Source: an uncultured Spirochaetota bacterium (lineage in GTDB: Bacteria; Spirochaetota; Spirochaetia; SZUA-6; CAVTHK01). Taken from it: a stretch of 64,000 nt of DNA. The stretch spans positions 256,001-320,000 of the forward strand of contig CAVTHK010000007.1 of NCBI GenBank assembly GCA_963734495.1, written 5' to 3'. The notes below the pieces were generated by a model. It did not search any database, was not told the DNA's origin, and saw nothing but the letters and a program-made list of their open reading frames with translations. Made by a program: the position numbers and the translations under genes. Below, one piece after another: positions 1 through 9,345 of the stretch (position 1 is its first letter; the number at the start of each line of letters is the position of its first letter).

Positions 1-2
1 AG

Positions 3-422
3 ATCCACCTGCACATCCCCGCGGGCGCCACGCCCAAGGACGGCCCCTCCGCCGGCATCACCATGGCCTCGGCCCTGCTTTCGCTCGTGACCGGGAACAA
101 GATCCGGAAGAACCTGGCCATGACGGGCGAGCTGTCGCTCGTGGGGCGCGTCCTGCCGATCGGCGGCCTGAAGGAGAAGACGATCGCGGCCAAGCGCAAT
201 CACATCGTCGACATCGTCATCCCCAAGGGCAACGAGAAGGACCTCGACGAGATCCCGGACCATGTGAAGAAGGGGCTCCGCTTCCACCCCGTGGAAACGA
301 TGGACGAGGTCATCAAGTGGGTCTTCGAAGCGGCCCCGCGGAAGGCCGCGGCCCGCCGGCCGGCGCGCGCTACAGAGTCTCCTCGCGGCTCGAGGCAATC
401 AGCGTCACCGGGCCGTCGTTGA
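3..422 (+). CDS. lon: Lon ATP-dependent protease, C-terminal part (5' end outside window)
   Basis: Frame from nt 3 reads IHLHIPAGATPKDGPSAGITM...AMTGELSLVGRVLPIGGLKEK, the Lon proteolytic domain with catalytic Ser (PKDGPSAG) and Lys. Confidence 0.95.
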   Translation: MHLHIPAGATPKDGPSAGITMASALLSLVTGNKIRKNLAMTGELSLVGRVLPIGGLKEKTIAAKRNHIVDIVIPKGNEKDLDEIPDHVKKGLRFHPVETMDEVIKWVFEAAPRKAAARRPARATESPRGSRQSASPGRR

Positions 423-825
423 CGAGGGAGACCTTCATCTCGGCGCCGAACTGACCGCGCGCCACGGGCCGGCCCAGCTCCCGCGCGAGGGCGGCGAGGA
501 AGCGCTCGTACAGCCCCGAGGCGCGGTCCGCGGCCGAGGCCCTGTGGTACGAGGGACGGTTGCCTTTGCGCAGGTCGGCGTAGAGCGTGAACTGGCTGAC
601 CGCGAGGACCGCGCCGCCGGCTTCGACGATGCTGCGGTTCATCATCCCCTGCTCGTCGTCGAAGACCCGCAGGCGCGCCACCTTGCGGGCCATCCAGTCG
701 AGGTCAGTGTCCGTGTCGTCGTCGACGAACCCGGCGAGCACGAGCAGGCCCGGTCCGATGCTGCCCACGGTGCGGCTCGCCACCGCGACGCTCGCCTCCC
801 TGACCCTCTGGATCACGCAGCGCAC
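370..825 (-). CDS. dtd: D-aminoacyl-tRNA deacylase
   Basis: MRCVIQRV, SQFTLYAD, KGNRPS, GQFGAEMKVSLVNDGPVT motifs. Confidence 0.95.
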   Translation of the reverse strand: MRCVIQRVREASVAVASRTVGSIGPGLLVLAGFVDDDTDTDLDWMARKVARLRVFDDEQGMMNRSIVEAGGAVLAVSQFTLYADLRKGNRPSYHRASAADRASGLYERFLAALARELGRPVARGQFGAEMKVSLVNDGPVTLIASSREETL

Positions 826-829
826 GGCG

Positions 830-1843
830 TCAGCGGCCTGAGAGCTCTGGGACCAGGCCGTCGGCCTCGACGACGTCGCGCTCGAGGTCGATGGGGCGGC
901 CCGGCTCGATCTGCACGACGACCTGGCGGGCCGGGTTGTGGAACTGCACGTAGCGGCCCCCCGACCGGGTGTGGTAGAGCCCGCTGACCGGCCGGTGGCC
1001 GCCGAAGTAGAAAGCCTCCTCGGCTCTCTCGGGGCCCAGCAGATCCGCGAGCATCGCGTTCACGCTCCCTTTGCGGGCGCGGTCGTTGTCCGTCCACGTG
1101 AGCCCCGCCACCACGTCCTCGCTGCTGCGGTACTCCACGATCTCGTCGCGCGTAAACGCCCGCACGGGCTCGGCGTGCGACACGAGGAACCGCTCGCCGA
1201 CGGCGAGGAGCGGGAGGTTCTTCTCGAACCGGTAATAGCTCTGGAGGAAATCGGCTCCGAGGAAATGACGGACGTAGCTGGCCACCATCTCCCCCTCCTC
1301 CACGAACTTGACAAAGGGGTAATTGCCGCCCCCGGCCTCGTTCGCGATATTCTCGTGGTTGCCCTTGAGAAAGTGGAACGAATCGGGAACGGCCAGCTTG
1401 ACCCGCATCACGGCTTCCATGACGCCGAGGCTTTCGGTCATCTCCTTGTCCATCGCCGCGTGGTACTGCCACGCCGTCTGGAACTCGGAGTACGCCTCGA
1501 GCCAGCGCTGATAGGCGCGTGCCTCGCCGTGGAACCCGTCGCCCACGCAGACCACCTGCAGGCCCCCCTGCTGCATGCGCGCGAGCGCGTCCCATTCCTC
1601 GGAGAGCAGGACCATGAGCAGGAAGTCGACCCGGCCGTGGAGGTCCGGCACGAGCAACGTCTCGACGTCCGGCCGCAGCAGCACGATGCCGCCGGGCCGG
1701 CCGCCGCTGTCGGGCGGACGCATCTCGGCCGGCTCGCTCTCGAGGGCGGCGTTCGCCTCCTCGAGCAGTCTCACGTAGTCCTGCGGGGGCAGAAGACCGC
1801 CCCGCAGGGAACTCTGGAGCAGCGTCTCGCGCAGGGACACCAT
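830..1843 (-). CDS. Calcineurin-like metallophosphoesterase
   Basis: DLHG, GDGFH, KGNHE, VSHA, GGH metal-binding motifs in the expected order. Confidence 0.8.
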   Translation of the reverse strand: MVSLRETLLQSSLRGGLLPPQDYVRLLEEANAALESEPAEMRPPDSGGRPGGIVLLRPDVETLLVPDLHGRVDFLLMVLLSEEWDALARMQQGGLQVVCVGDGFHGEARAYQRWLEAYSEFQTAWQYHAAMDKEMTESLGVMEAVMRVKLAVPDSFHFLKGNHENIANEAGGGNYPFVKFVEEGEMVASYVRHFLGADFLQSYYRFEKNLPLLAVGERFLVSHAEPVRAFTRDEIVEYRSSEDVVAGLTWTDNDRARKGSVNAMLADLLGPERAEEAFYFGGHRPVSGLYHTRSGGRYVQFHNPARQVVVQIEPGRPIDLERDVVEADGLVPELSGR

Positions 1844-1852
1844 GAGAGCCTA

Positions 1853-1880
1853 AGTCTACCGCACGGCGGGCGCATGTCAA
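1853..1880 (-). promoter_or_regulatory. Putative sigma70 promoter of metallophosphoesterase-dtd
   Basis: Minus strand TTGACA-N16-TAGACT, 9 nt before the ATG at 1843. Confidence 0.5.
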
Positions 1881-1932
1881 CCTTTGACCGACTTGGCCGA
1901 CACCCGGCGCCGCCTTCGCGCGAAATGCGGCG

Positions 1933-1961
1933 TTGACCGCAGGCGCGGCCCACGGTATTGT
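1933..1961 (+). promoter_or_regulatory. Putative sigma70 promoter of tRNA-Leu
   Basis: TTGACC-N17-TATTGT, 10 nt upstream of the tRNA. Confidence 0.6.
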
Positions 1962-1971
1962 CGCCGGAGCC

Positions 1972-2056
1972 GCCGGAGTGGTGGAATGGGAGACACTGGG
2001 GACTTAAAATCCCCTGCCCCGTAAGGGGCGTACGGGTCCGAGTCCCGTCTCCGGCA
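1972..2056 (+). tRNA. tRNA-Leu(TAA)
   Basis: Acceptor GCCGGAG/CTCCGGC+A, anticodon arm GGGGA-CTTAAAA-TCCCC, long variable arm GCCCC-GTAA-GGGGC, T arm ACGGG-TCCGAGT-CCCGT; CCA not encoded. Confidence 0.93.
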
Positions 2057-2510
2057 GAGCGAAGCACCGTCAGGCGGTTCCTCCAAAGCAACACAGAAAA
2101 ACGAGCGCCCGGGATTGCGGTCAGAAATCCCCCGTGCGAGACTGCGGCATGCTGCTGGACCGCGAAAGCGCCCTGCCTGTGTGTCCTGATTCGCCGGCGA
2201 ACGCCTGTCGGCGAACGCCCTGCATCCCGGCAACGACTTCTACTGTCACTATGTGGTTTCCGGACGGTCGCCTGCCTGTTCACGTTCGCCGCGGCCCGCG
2301 GCTCGATCGCTGACAGCCAGGCGAACATCGTCGTGCTGTTCCAAGGGACGTGCTCCTCGGCCGGCGGCGGGTGCTTGCATGGATTGTCATCTCCACCGCC
2401 GCGATCGTTGCCAGGCTGATGGCGACAGACATTGCTGCTTCTCTCGAAGGTTCTCCCGAACATCCAGTCGGACTTCGACCCCTGCACCGATTGACGTGAA
2501 CCGAAGAAGA

Positions 2511-2539
2511 TTGACACATTCATCGTTGGCGCATAGGCT
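2511..2539 (+). promoter_or_regulatory. Putative sigma70 promoter upstream of tRNA-like element and fusA
   Basis: TTGACA-N17-TAGGCT. Confidence 0.6.
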
Positions 2540-2567
2540 TACCGAGAGTCGGGCTCACGTAGCTCTT

Positions 2568-2644
2568 GCCGGCAGATACTGGGGTTCCGACTCAAGATCC
2601 CCCGGGCCGCAAGGCCTGCAGGGGTGCGAGTCTCGTCTCCGGCA
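2568..2644 (+). pseudogene. Degenerate tRNA-Leu(CAA)-like element lacking most of the D arm
   Basis: Aligns to the tRNA at 1972-2056: GCCGG/CCGGC+A ends, loop CTCAAGA, variable arm GGCC-GCAA-GGCC, shared 3' end CGTCTCCGGCA; D arm deleted, extra bases in anticodon stem. Confidence 0.7.
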
Positions 2645-2718
2645 CAACGCCGGCTCCGACGGCGCGACGGAAACAGGCCGTTCCCGATCGCGGCAGACCG
2701 GTCCATGGGAATGAACAG

Positions 2719-2985
2719 GTGGGAGCAGAGGCGTACGGGGGTCTGTTTTTCGACTTGTGCGTGGAAGAGGTGCCGGACGCCGGATTCCGCGTGCAGGCGA
2801 TAATCTGGGGCGACGAGGGCGATTCGCTCGTCCTGCACGAGGTCGTTGGCGGGATGAACGTGATCCTCGAGACGCGCGAGATCGCCGAGATCGTCGCCCG
2901 CAACCTCGCCAAGAAATGGATCGACGAGAACTGGCAAAAGGTGCGCGCCAGGCAGCAGCGCACGGAAGAAGGCGGGCCGGAGTGA
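2719..2985 (+). CDS. Small acidic hypothetical protein (~88 aa)
   Basis: Protein-like composition and GC-rich third positions from the GTG at 2719; ends 35 nt before fusA; start uncertain. Confidence 0.6.
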   Translation: MGAEAYGGLFFDLCVEEVPDAGFRVQAIIWGDEGDSLVLHEVVGGMNVILETREIAEIVARNLAKKWIDENWQKVRARQQRTEEGGPE

Positions 2986-3020
2986 TGGCGCCCAGGCGCC
3001 CGCCGCGAGAGTGACCGGAG

Positions 3021-5075
3021 TTGGCCTTGAACGAGCTCAAACGCATCCGCAACATCGGCATCATGGCCCACATCGACGCGGGCAAGACCACCACCACGGA
3101 GCGCATCCTGTTCTACACCGGAAAGAGCCATCGCATCGGCGAGGTCGACGACGGTGAAGCCACCATGGACTGGATGGTCCAGGAGCAGGAGCGCGGGATC
3201 ACCATCACCTCGGCGGCCACCACCTGCACCTGGCGCGACCGCCAGATCAACATCATCGACACGCCCGGACACGTCGACTTCACCGCCGAGGTCGAGCGCA
3301 GCCTGCGCGTCCTCGACGCGGCGATCGCGATTTTCGACGCGGTCGGCGGGGTCGAGCCGCAGTCGGAGACGGTCTGGCACCAGGCCGACCGCTATCACAT
3401 CCCCCGCATCGCCTACGTCAACAAGATGGACCGCGTCGGCGCCGACTACCTTGCCGTCATCGCGGAGATCGAGCGCAAGCTCGGCGCGGTCACGCTCCCG
3501 CTGCAGATCCCCATCGGCCGCGAGAGCGACTTTTCCGGGGTGATCGACCTCGTGCGGATGAAGACCGTGCGGTGGAACCCCGAGGACCTCGGCGTCACGG
3601 TCAGCCTCGAGGACATAGAGCCCGCCCTGCTCGAGCAGGCGCGCGAGGGACGCGAGCGCCTGATCGACGGGCTCTCCGCCCATTCGGACCGCATCACGGA
3701 GATGTACGTCGAAGGCCGCGAGCCGACCGAGGAGCTGCTGATCGCCGCGATCCGCAAGGCCGTCATCGATCGCGCCCTCGTCCCGGTGTTCTGCGGCTCC
3801 AGCCTCCGCAACATGGGCGTGCAGCCGCTGCTCGACGCCGTCGTGGACTACTTTCCCTCGCCCGACGAGGGCAAGGTCATGATCGGGCATCACCCGAAGA
3901 CGGAAAAGGAGGTCACGGTCGCCTGCGACCCGGAGGGTCCGCCGGTGGCCCTCGTGTTCAAGATCCAGACGGACCGCGAGGCGGGCGCGCTCACCTACAT
4001 CCGCGTGTACTCGGGCCATTTCGAGAGCGGCACGACCTTCTTCAACATCAACAAGAACAAGCGCGAGCGGATCGGACGCCTGCTGCGGATGCACGCGAAC
4101 AAACCCTCGCAGATCAGCGACATCAGGGCCGGCGACATCGCCGTCATCGTGGGCTCCAAGATCTCCCAGACCGGCGACACGCTCGGCAGCGACAAGCACC
4201 CGGTCCTCCTCGAGAAGATGCATTTCCCCGAGCCCGTGATCTCGGTAGCCATCGAGCCGAAGACGATGTCCGAGCGCAAGCGGCTGGGCGACGTGCTCGC
4301 CGTCCTCGAACGGGAAGACCCGACCTTCACCTTCAAAGAGAACGAGGACACGGGGCAGCTCATCATCTCGGGGATGGGCGAGCTTCACCTCGAGGTCCTG
4401 GTGACCCGCATCGTCGACGACTTCCGCGTCGAAGCCAAGATCGGCAAGCCGCAGGTGAGCTACCGCGAGTCGATCAGCGGCACCGCCGTCCACCGCGTGA
4501 AGTTCCACAGGAACCTCGGAGGCAAGGAGAACGCCGCCGAGATCGAGCTGCGCGCCGAGCCGCTGACGAGGGGTTCCGGGAACCGCTTCACCGTCTCGAC
4601 GGCCGACCTGCCCGAGGAGCTCGTCGAGGCCGTCCGCCGGGGCGTGGAAGGCGCGTTCACCTCCGGCATCAGCTGGGGTTACCCGACCATCGACATCGGC
4701 ATCACGCTCACCGACGCGGAGTACAACCAGGTGACTTCGACGCCGTTCGCGTACGAGGCCGCCGGCTCCCTCGGGTTCGACGCGGTCTGCCGCGAGGCGG
4801 GCCCCGTGCTCCTCGAGCCCGTCATGACGGTGGACGTGATGTGTCCCGCCGAGTTCGTCGGCGAGGTCATCGGCAACCTGACGGCGCGCGGGGGCCTCAT
4901 CGTGAGCCACGAGAGCCGGGCGGTTGTCGAGCACATACGCGCGGAGGTCCCGCTCGCGCAGATGTTCGGTTACTCGACGGCGCTCCGCAGCGTCACGCAG
5001 GGCCGCGCGACCTTCGCGATGGAGTTCGCCCACTTCGCGCCCAAGGCGCTCAAGGGCGACGGATCAGCCTTGTAG
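3021..5075 (+). CDS. fusA: Elongation factor G paralog (canonical GTPase, divergent domain IV)
   Basis: [30 protein letters not shown] and domain V LLEPVM...LRSVTQG; TTG start. Confidence 0.93.
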   Translation: MALNELKRIRNIGIMAHIDAGKTTTTERILFYTGKSHRIGEVDDGEATMDWMVQEQERGITITSAATTCTWRDRQINIIDTPGHVDFTAEVERSLRVLDAAIAIFDAVGGVEPQSETVWHQADRYHIPRIAYVNKMDRVGADYLAVIAEIERKLGAVTLPLQIPIGRESDFSGVIDLVRMKTVRWNPEDLGVTVSLEDIEPALLEQAREGRERLIDGLSAHSDRITEMYVEGREPTEELLIAAIRKAVIDRALVPVFCGSSLRNMGVQPLLDAVVDYFPSPDEGKVMIGHHPKTEKEVTVACDPEGPPVALVFKIQTDREAGALTYIRVYSGHFESGTTFFNINKNKRERIGRLLRMHANKPSQISDIRAGDIAVIVGSKISQTGDTLGSDKHPVLLEKMHFPEPVISVAIEPKTMSERKRLGDVLAVLEREDPTFTFKENEDTGQLIISGMGELHLEVLVTRIVDDFRVEAKIGKPQVSYRESISGTAVHRVKFHRNLGGKENAAEIELRAEPLTRGSGNRFTVSTADLPEELVEAVRRGVEGAFTSGISWGYPTIDIGITLTDAEYNQVTSTPFAYEAAGSLGFDAVCREAGPVLLEPVMTVDVMCPAEFVGEVIGNLTARGGLIVSHESRAVVEHIRAEVPLAQMFGYSTALRSVTQGRATFAMEFAHFAPKALKGDGSAL

Positions 5076-5142
5076 GAGGCCGGCTCGCGGGCGCGGGCCG
5101 GCCCTGAAGCGGCGCGCAGCCCTTCAGTGTAGTCTTGTTTTG

Positions 5143-5171
5143 TTGACACGGTTCGGAGCCGCAGCTATAGT
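5143..5171 (+). promoter_or_regulatory. sigma70 promoter of second EF-G gene
   Basis: TTGACA-N17-TATAGT; AAGGAG RBS before the ATG at 5226. Confidence 0.75.
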
Positions 5172-5225
5172 GGTCAGCCGACACTTCAATCCGGACCAAC
5201 GTGAACAGGGGCAAGGAGATCTCGT

Positions 5226-7286
5226 ATGGGTGTGTCAACCGCAGCGATCCGCAACATCGCCCTCGTCGGCCACGGCGCCACCGGCAAGACATCGCTCGTG
5301 GAGCACGTCCTGGCCGCGGCCAAGGTGATCGACCGGCCCGAGACGGTCGAGACCGGCAGGACGGTGAGCGACTTCCTCGAGGAGGAGATCGCGCGGCGGA
5401 TCTCGATCCGCAGCTCGCTCACGCACGTCGACTGGGCGGGGGCGAAGATCAACATGCTCGACACACCGGGCTCGAGCGATTTCGTGGGAGAGGTGATCGC
5501 CGCCCTGCGGGTCACCGACTGCGCGGTGGTCGCGGTCGCCGCGGACGCGGGTGTGCAGATCGAGACGATCAAGGTGTGGCGGCGCCTCGACCAGATCGCG
5601 CGGCCCCGGATCATTTTCGTCAACAAGATGGACAAGGAGCACTCCGATTTCCAGAAGGTCGTCTCCGACCTCCGGGAGCGCTTCCGGACGAACTTCGTGC
5701 CGCTCACGATCCCGATCGGGGCGGCGGCCTCGTTCGAGGGGGTCATCGACCTGCTCGGCATGAAGGCCTACCGTGGCGCGGCCGCGGGCGAGATCCCGGC
5801 CGCCGAGAGCGCAGCGGCGCAGGAGGCGCGGACCGCGATGATCGAGGCGGCCGCCGACGGCGAAGACAGCCTCATGGAGAAGTACGTCGGCGAGGAGAAG
5901 CTGACCGACGAGGAGGTCCGGCGGGGCCTGCGGGCCGCGCTCGCCGCGGGCAAGTTCGTCCCGGTCTTCTGCGGCTCGGTCCTGCAGGACAGCGGGCTCG
6001 CGCCTTTCCTGAATTTCGTCGCGGCCTCCGTGCCGGCGCCGTCCGGCGAGAACAAGGGCAAGTCCGGGGACGAGGAGCTTTCGCGCAAGCTGTCCGTCGG
6101 CGAGCCCCTCTCCTGCTTCGTGTTCAAGACGAGCATCGACCAGTTTTCCGGGCGCCTGTCCTTTGTCAAGGTCATGAGCGGGCGCCTCGCCTCGGACAGC
6201 GAGATCATCAACTACCGTTCGGGGAAACGGGAAAAGGCGGGCAAGATCTACACCTGCCAGGGCAAGAAGATCGAGGAGACCGCCGAGCTGGTCGCCGGCG
6301 ACATGGGCGTCCTGCTCAAGCTCGACTCCGTGTCCACCAACGACAGCCTCGGCGATCCGGGCGCGCCGATCGAGTACCCGCCGATCGCGCTGCCTCAGCC
6401 CGTGCACGCCGTTGCCGTCTCCGCGGTCGCGAAGAAGGACGAGGACAAGATGAACCAGCTCATCAACCGGGCCTGCGAAGAGGACCCGTCGATGAAGCTG
6501 GCGTACAACAAGGAGACGCGCGAGAACGTCCTCTCCACGATGGGCGAGCTGCAGCTTTCGATCCTGCTGGACGGCATCCGCAAGACCCACAAGATCGAGG
6601 CCAGCACCAAGCTGCCCAGGGTTGCCTACCGGGAGACCATCACCAAGAGCGCCGGCGCGGAGTACCAGCACAAAAAGCAGACCGGAGGCCACGGGCAGTA
6701 CGCCAAGGTGGTGCTCGAGGTCGCTCCGCTGGAACGCGGCAAGCACTTCAACTTCGTCAACGGGATCCACGGCGGCGCCATCTCCAAGGGCTACGTGCCG
6801 GGAGTCGAGAAAGGGATCATCGAGGCCATGGACCAGGGCATCCTGGCGGGCTACCCCGTGGTCGACATAGAGGCCAAGATCGTCGACGGCAAAGAGCACC
6901 CGGTCGACTCGTCGGAAATGGCGTTCAAGCTGGCCGCCCGCGGCGCCCTGCGCGCTTCGATGGAAAAGGCCTCGCCCGTGCTGCTCGAGCCGATCATGAA
7001 CCTCGAGGTGATCGTCGACGACCAGTACCTCGGAGACGTGCTTTCGGACCTGAGCTCGCGGCGCGGCCGCGTGCTGGGGCAGGAGCCGATCGGGGCCGGA
7101 ACGCAGATCGTCCGCGTTCAGGTTCCCCAGGCGGAGCTGCAGCGCTACTCCATCGACCTCAAGTCGATGACTTCGGGCACCGCGTCGTTCGAGATCTCCT
7201 TCGACCACTACGAGCCGATCGCGGGCCGCACGGCCGAGGACGTGATCAAGGCCGCCAAGGCAGAGGCGACCCAGACCGAGTCATAG
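5226..7286 (+). CDS. Elongation factor G-like protein (EF-G II class)
   Basis: GHGATGKT, RRISI, DTPGS, NKMD; domain IV KKQTGGHGQY and HPVDSSEMAF intact. Confidence 0.92.
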   Translation: MGVSTAAIRNIALVGHGATGKTSLVEHVLAAAKVIDRPETVETGRTVSDFLEEEIARRISIRSSLTHVDWAGAKINMLDTPGSSDFVGEVIAALRVTDCAVVAVAADAGVQIETIKVWRRLDQIARPRIIFVNKMDKEHSDFQKVVSDLRERFRTNFVPLTIPIGAAASFEGVIDLLGMKAYRGAAAGEIPAAESAAAQEARTAMIEAAADGEDSLMEKYVGEEKLTDEEVRRGLRAALAAGKFVPVFCGSVLQDSGLAPFLNFVAASVPAPSGENKGKSGDEELSRKLSVGEPLSCFVFKTSIDQFSGRLSFVKVMSGRLASDSEIINYRSGKREKAGKIYTCQGKKIEETAELVAGDMGVLLKLDSVSTNDSLGDPGAPIEYPPIALPQPVHAVAVSAVAKKDEDKMNQLINRACEEDPSMKLAYNKETRENVLSTMGELQLSILLDGIRKTHKIEASTKLPRVAYRETITKSAGAEYQHKKQTGGHGQYAKVVLEVAPLERGKHFNFVNGIHGGAISKGYVPGVEKGIIEAMDQGILAGYPVVDIEAKIVDGKEHPVDSSEMAFKLAARGALRASMEKASPVLLEPIMNLEVIVDDQYLGDVLSDLSSRRGRVLGQEPIGAGTQIVRVQVPQAELQRYSIDLKSMTSGTASFEISFDHYEPIAGRTAEDVIKAAKAEATQTES

Positions 7287-7874
7287 GCCCCGCATCGCCT
7301 CGGCGAGCTCCGGGTCGCGCGACAGGTAGTAGGTCTTCTTCTCTTCGGCGGTCAGGCCGATCAGCTCGTGGCTGAGGTAATGGATCCAGATGTCGTCTTC
7401 CGGCCGCGTGACTACGTGCCTGCGGCAGAAGTAGTCGGGCCGGATCGGCTGCTCGGGCCCGTAGGTCCGCGTCTTGTAGTCGTGCACGGCGATCTTGATG
7501 TCCTCGCGCGGGATGCCCCTGGTGAGAAGCACGTTCACGAGGTGGTTGATCGTGCGGCCCGAGTCGAAGATGTCGTCGACGAGCATGATGCGGTCGCCGT
7601 GCCTGAGGTGCGCGGGGTCGTAGGTCCAGCCGTCGACGCGCACCTGCTCCTGCTTGCGGATGTCGGTGTACGACCAGGCGACCACCGCGGCGTAGAAGAC
7701 CGGGTGGCGCTCCTTGCGCATGGCCTTGAAGTACTCGCTGATCACGTTGCCGACGTAGGCGCCGCCGCGAAGCAGCACGTAGATCACGTCGGGCTCGAAC
7801 CCGTCCGAATAGATCCTGCTCGCCAGCTTGATCGCGTTGTCCCTGACCGTCTCGTAGGGGAGGAACTCCTTCAT
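7281..7874 (-). CDS. Type I phosphoribosyltransferase
   Basis: LLRGG and PRPP-binding IMLVDDIFDSGRT motifs; start MKEFLPYE overlaps the degP stop. Confidence 0.88.
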   Translation of the reverse strand: MKEFLPYETVRDNAIKLASRIYSDGFEPDVIYVLLRGGAYVGNVISEYFKAMRKERHPVFYAAVVAWSYTDIRKQEQVRVDGWTYDPAHLRHGDRIMLVDDIFDSGRTINHLVNVLLTRGIPREDIKIAVHDYKTRTYGPEQPIRPDYFCRRHVVTRPEDDIWIHYLSHELIGLTAEEKKTYYLSRDPELAEAMRGL

Positions 7875-9322
7875 CGAGGGAGTTCCAGCGCCACTTCCGT
7901 CCCGGCCCGGCTCACCACGACCGGGAGCTTGTCCTTGCCGACGAGGGCCTCGTAGAAATCCTTGAGGCCGCGCACGGGCTTCCCGCCCATGCTCACGATC
8001 AGGTCGTTCTCCTTGAACCCCGCCGCGCCCCCGGGCGATTCGGGGACGACGCCGTAGACGATGACGCCGCCGGCCGCCTTGAGCCCGAGGCTGCTGCGCA
8101 CCTCGTCGGTGACGGGGAACACCGACAGGCCCGGCCACAGGTTGCGGTTCTGCGCCGTGATGGCCTTTTCGTCCTCGCGGACCGCGAGCCGGATCCCGAG
8201 CTTGACTTCCTTGCCCTGGCGGAAGACCACGAACTCGGCCTGGAGGCCCGGCGGCTGGTCGCCGAGCTTGTTGGTGAGGTCGAGGTGGTCGGCGACCTCC
8301 CTTCCGTTGAGCGAGACGACAAAGTCGCCCGGCAGCAGGCCGCCCTTGTCCGCGGGGGCGCCGCGGAACACCTGCGTCACGAGGGCGCCCTTGCGGCCGG
8401 AAACGCCGAGGTCGGCCGCGATCGCGGGGTTCACGGTCTGGATCTGCACGCCGAGCCATGCGTATTCGACCCGGCCGATCTTGACGAAGTCGTCGATGGC
8501 CTTGCGGGCGGCGTTGATCGGGATGGCGAATCCGTAGCCCTGGCTCGCGCCCGTGTTCGACGCGATCCAGGTGTTGATGCCGATCACCTCGCCTTCGAGG
8601 TTGACGAGAGCGCCGCCGGAGTTGCCCGGGCTGATGGCGGCGTCGGTCTGCAGAAACTCGCTGATGTTCTCGCCCGGCCCCCCGCGCCGGCCGACGGCGC
8701 TGATGATCCCGGCGGTCACCGTCGAGTCGAGGCCGAAGGGGTTCCCGATGGCCAGCGCCCAGTCGCCGACCTGCATCTGGTCCGAGTTGCCGAGCGCCGC
8801 GAGCGGGACGTCGTCGGCGGTCTCGAAGACGACCAGCGCGAGGTCCTTGCGCGGATCGCCGCCGACGAGCTTGGCCTGGAACGTGCGTCCGTCGCTGAGC
8901 TTGATGTCGATGTGGTCGGCTTCGCCCACCACGTGATTGTTGGTGAGCACGTACACCTTGCGGCCGTCACGCCGGACGATGACTCCCGAGCCGAGGCCCT
9001 GGTTGCGGAACTCGCGGGGCGACTGCTCGGGCCCCCTCGGGCTGAAGAAGAAGTCGAAGGGGGTCTTCGGCACGTCCTGCTGCACGACCTGCTCGACGTC
9101 GATCTCGACGACCGCCGGCGTCACCTTGCGGGCCACGTCGCGGAACGACGACTGGAGGCTCGCGAGCAGCTGCGGGGCGCCGGCCGTCGAGCCCTGCGTC
9201 GTCTGCGTCGCTCGCGTCGCGGGCGACAGCGTGCACGAGGACACGAGCAGCCCCACGCCGAACGCCAGGATGACCGCCACGAGGACCAGATTGAGCAGCG
9301 AGCCCCTGTCGAATCGTTCCAT
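7871..9322 (-). CDS. degP: HtrA/DegP (Do family) serine protease with PDZ domains
   Basis: LTNNHVV, DLAL, TDAAISPGNSGGAL catalytic triad; N-terminal hydrophobic anchor; two PDZ-like segments. Confidence 0.92.
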   Translation of the reverse strand: MERFDRGSLLNLVLVAVILAFGVGLLVSSCTLSPATRATQTTQGSTAGAPQLLASLQSSFRDVARKVTPAVVEIDVEQVVQQDVPKTPFDFFFSPRGPEQSPREFRNQGLGSGVIVRRDGRKVYVLTNNHVVGEADHIDIKLSDGRTFQAKLVGGDPRKDLALVVFETADDVPLAALGNSDQMQVGDWALAIGNPFGLDSTVTAGIISAVGRRGGPGENISEFLQTDAAISPGNSGGALVNLEGEVIGINTWIASNTGASQGYGFAIPINAARKAIDDFVKIGRVEYAWLGVQIQTVNPAIAADLGVSGRKGALVTQVFRGAPADKGGLLPGDFVVSLNGREVADHLDLTNKLGDQPPGLQAEFVVFRQGKEVKLGIRLAVREDEKAITAQNRNLWPGLSVFPVTDEVRSSLGLKAAGGVIVYGVVPESPGGAAGFKENDLIVSMGGKPVRGLKDFYEALVGKDKLPVVVSRAGTEVALELPR

Positions 9323-9345
9323 GTCAGCCTCTGTTCCCAATATAC

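Noticed and set aside
2057..2644. Intact integrative element with the tRNA copy as attR
   Set aside because: No integrase; the copy has a different anticodon and compensatory variable-arm changes, which fits an old paralog better than a target duplication
2592..7208. Long antisense or alternative-frame ORFs (e.g. 2592-5033, 5235-7208, and many others in the window)
   Set aside because: Shadow ORFs expected in high-GC DNA; they overlap clear genes and have Arg/Gly/Pro-rich or mirrored composition
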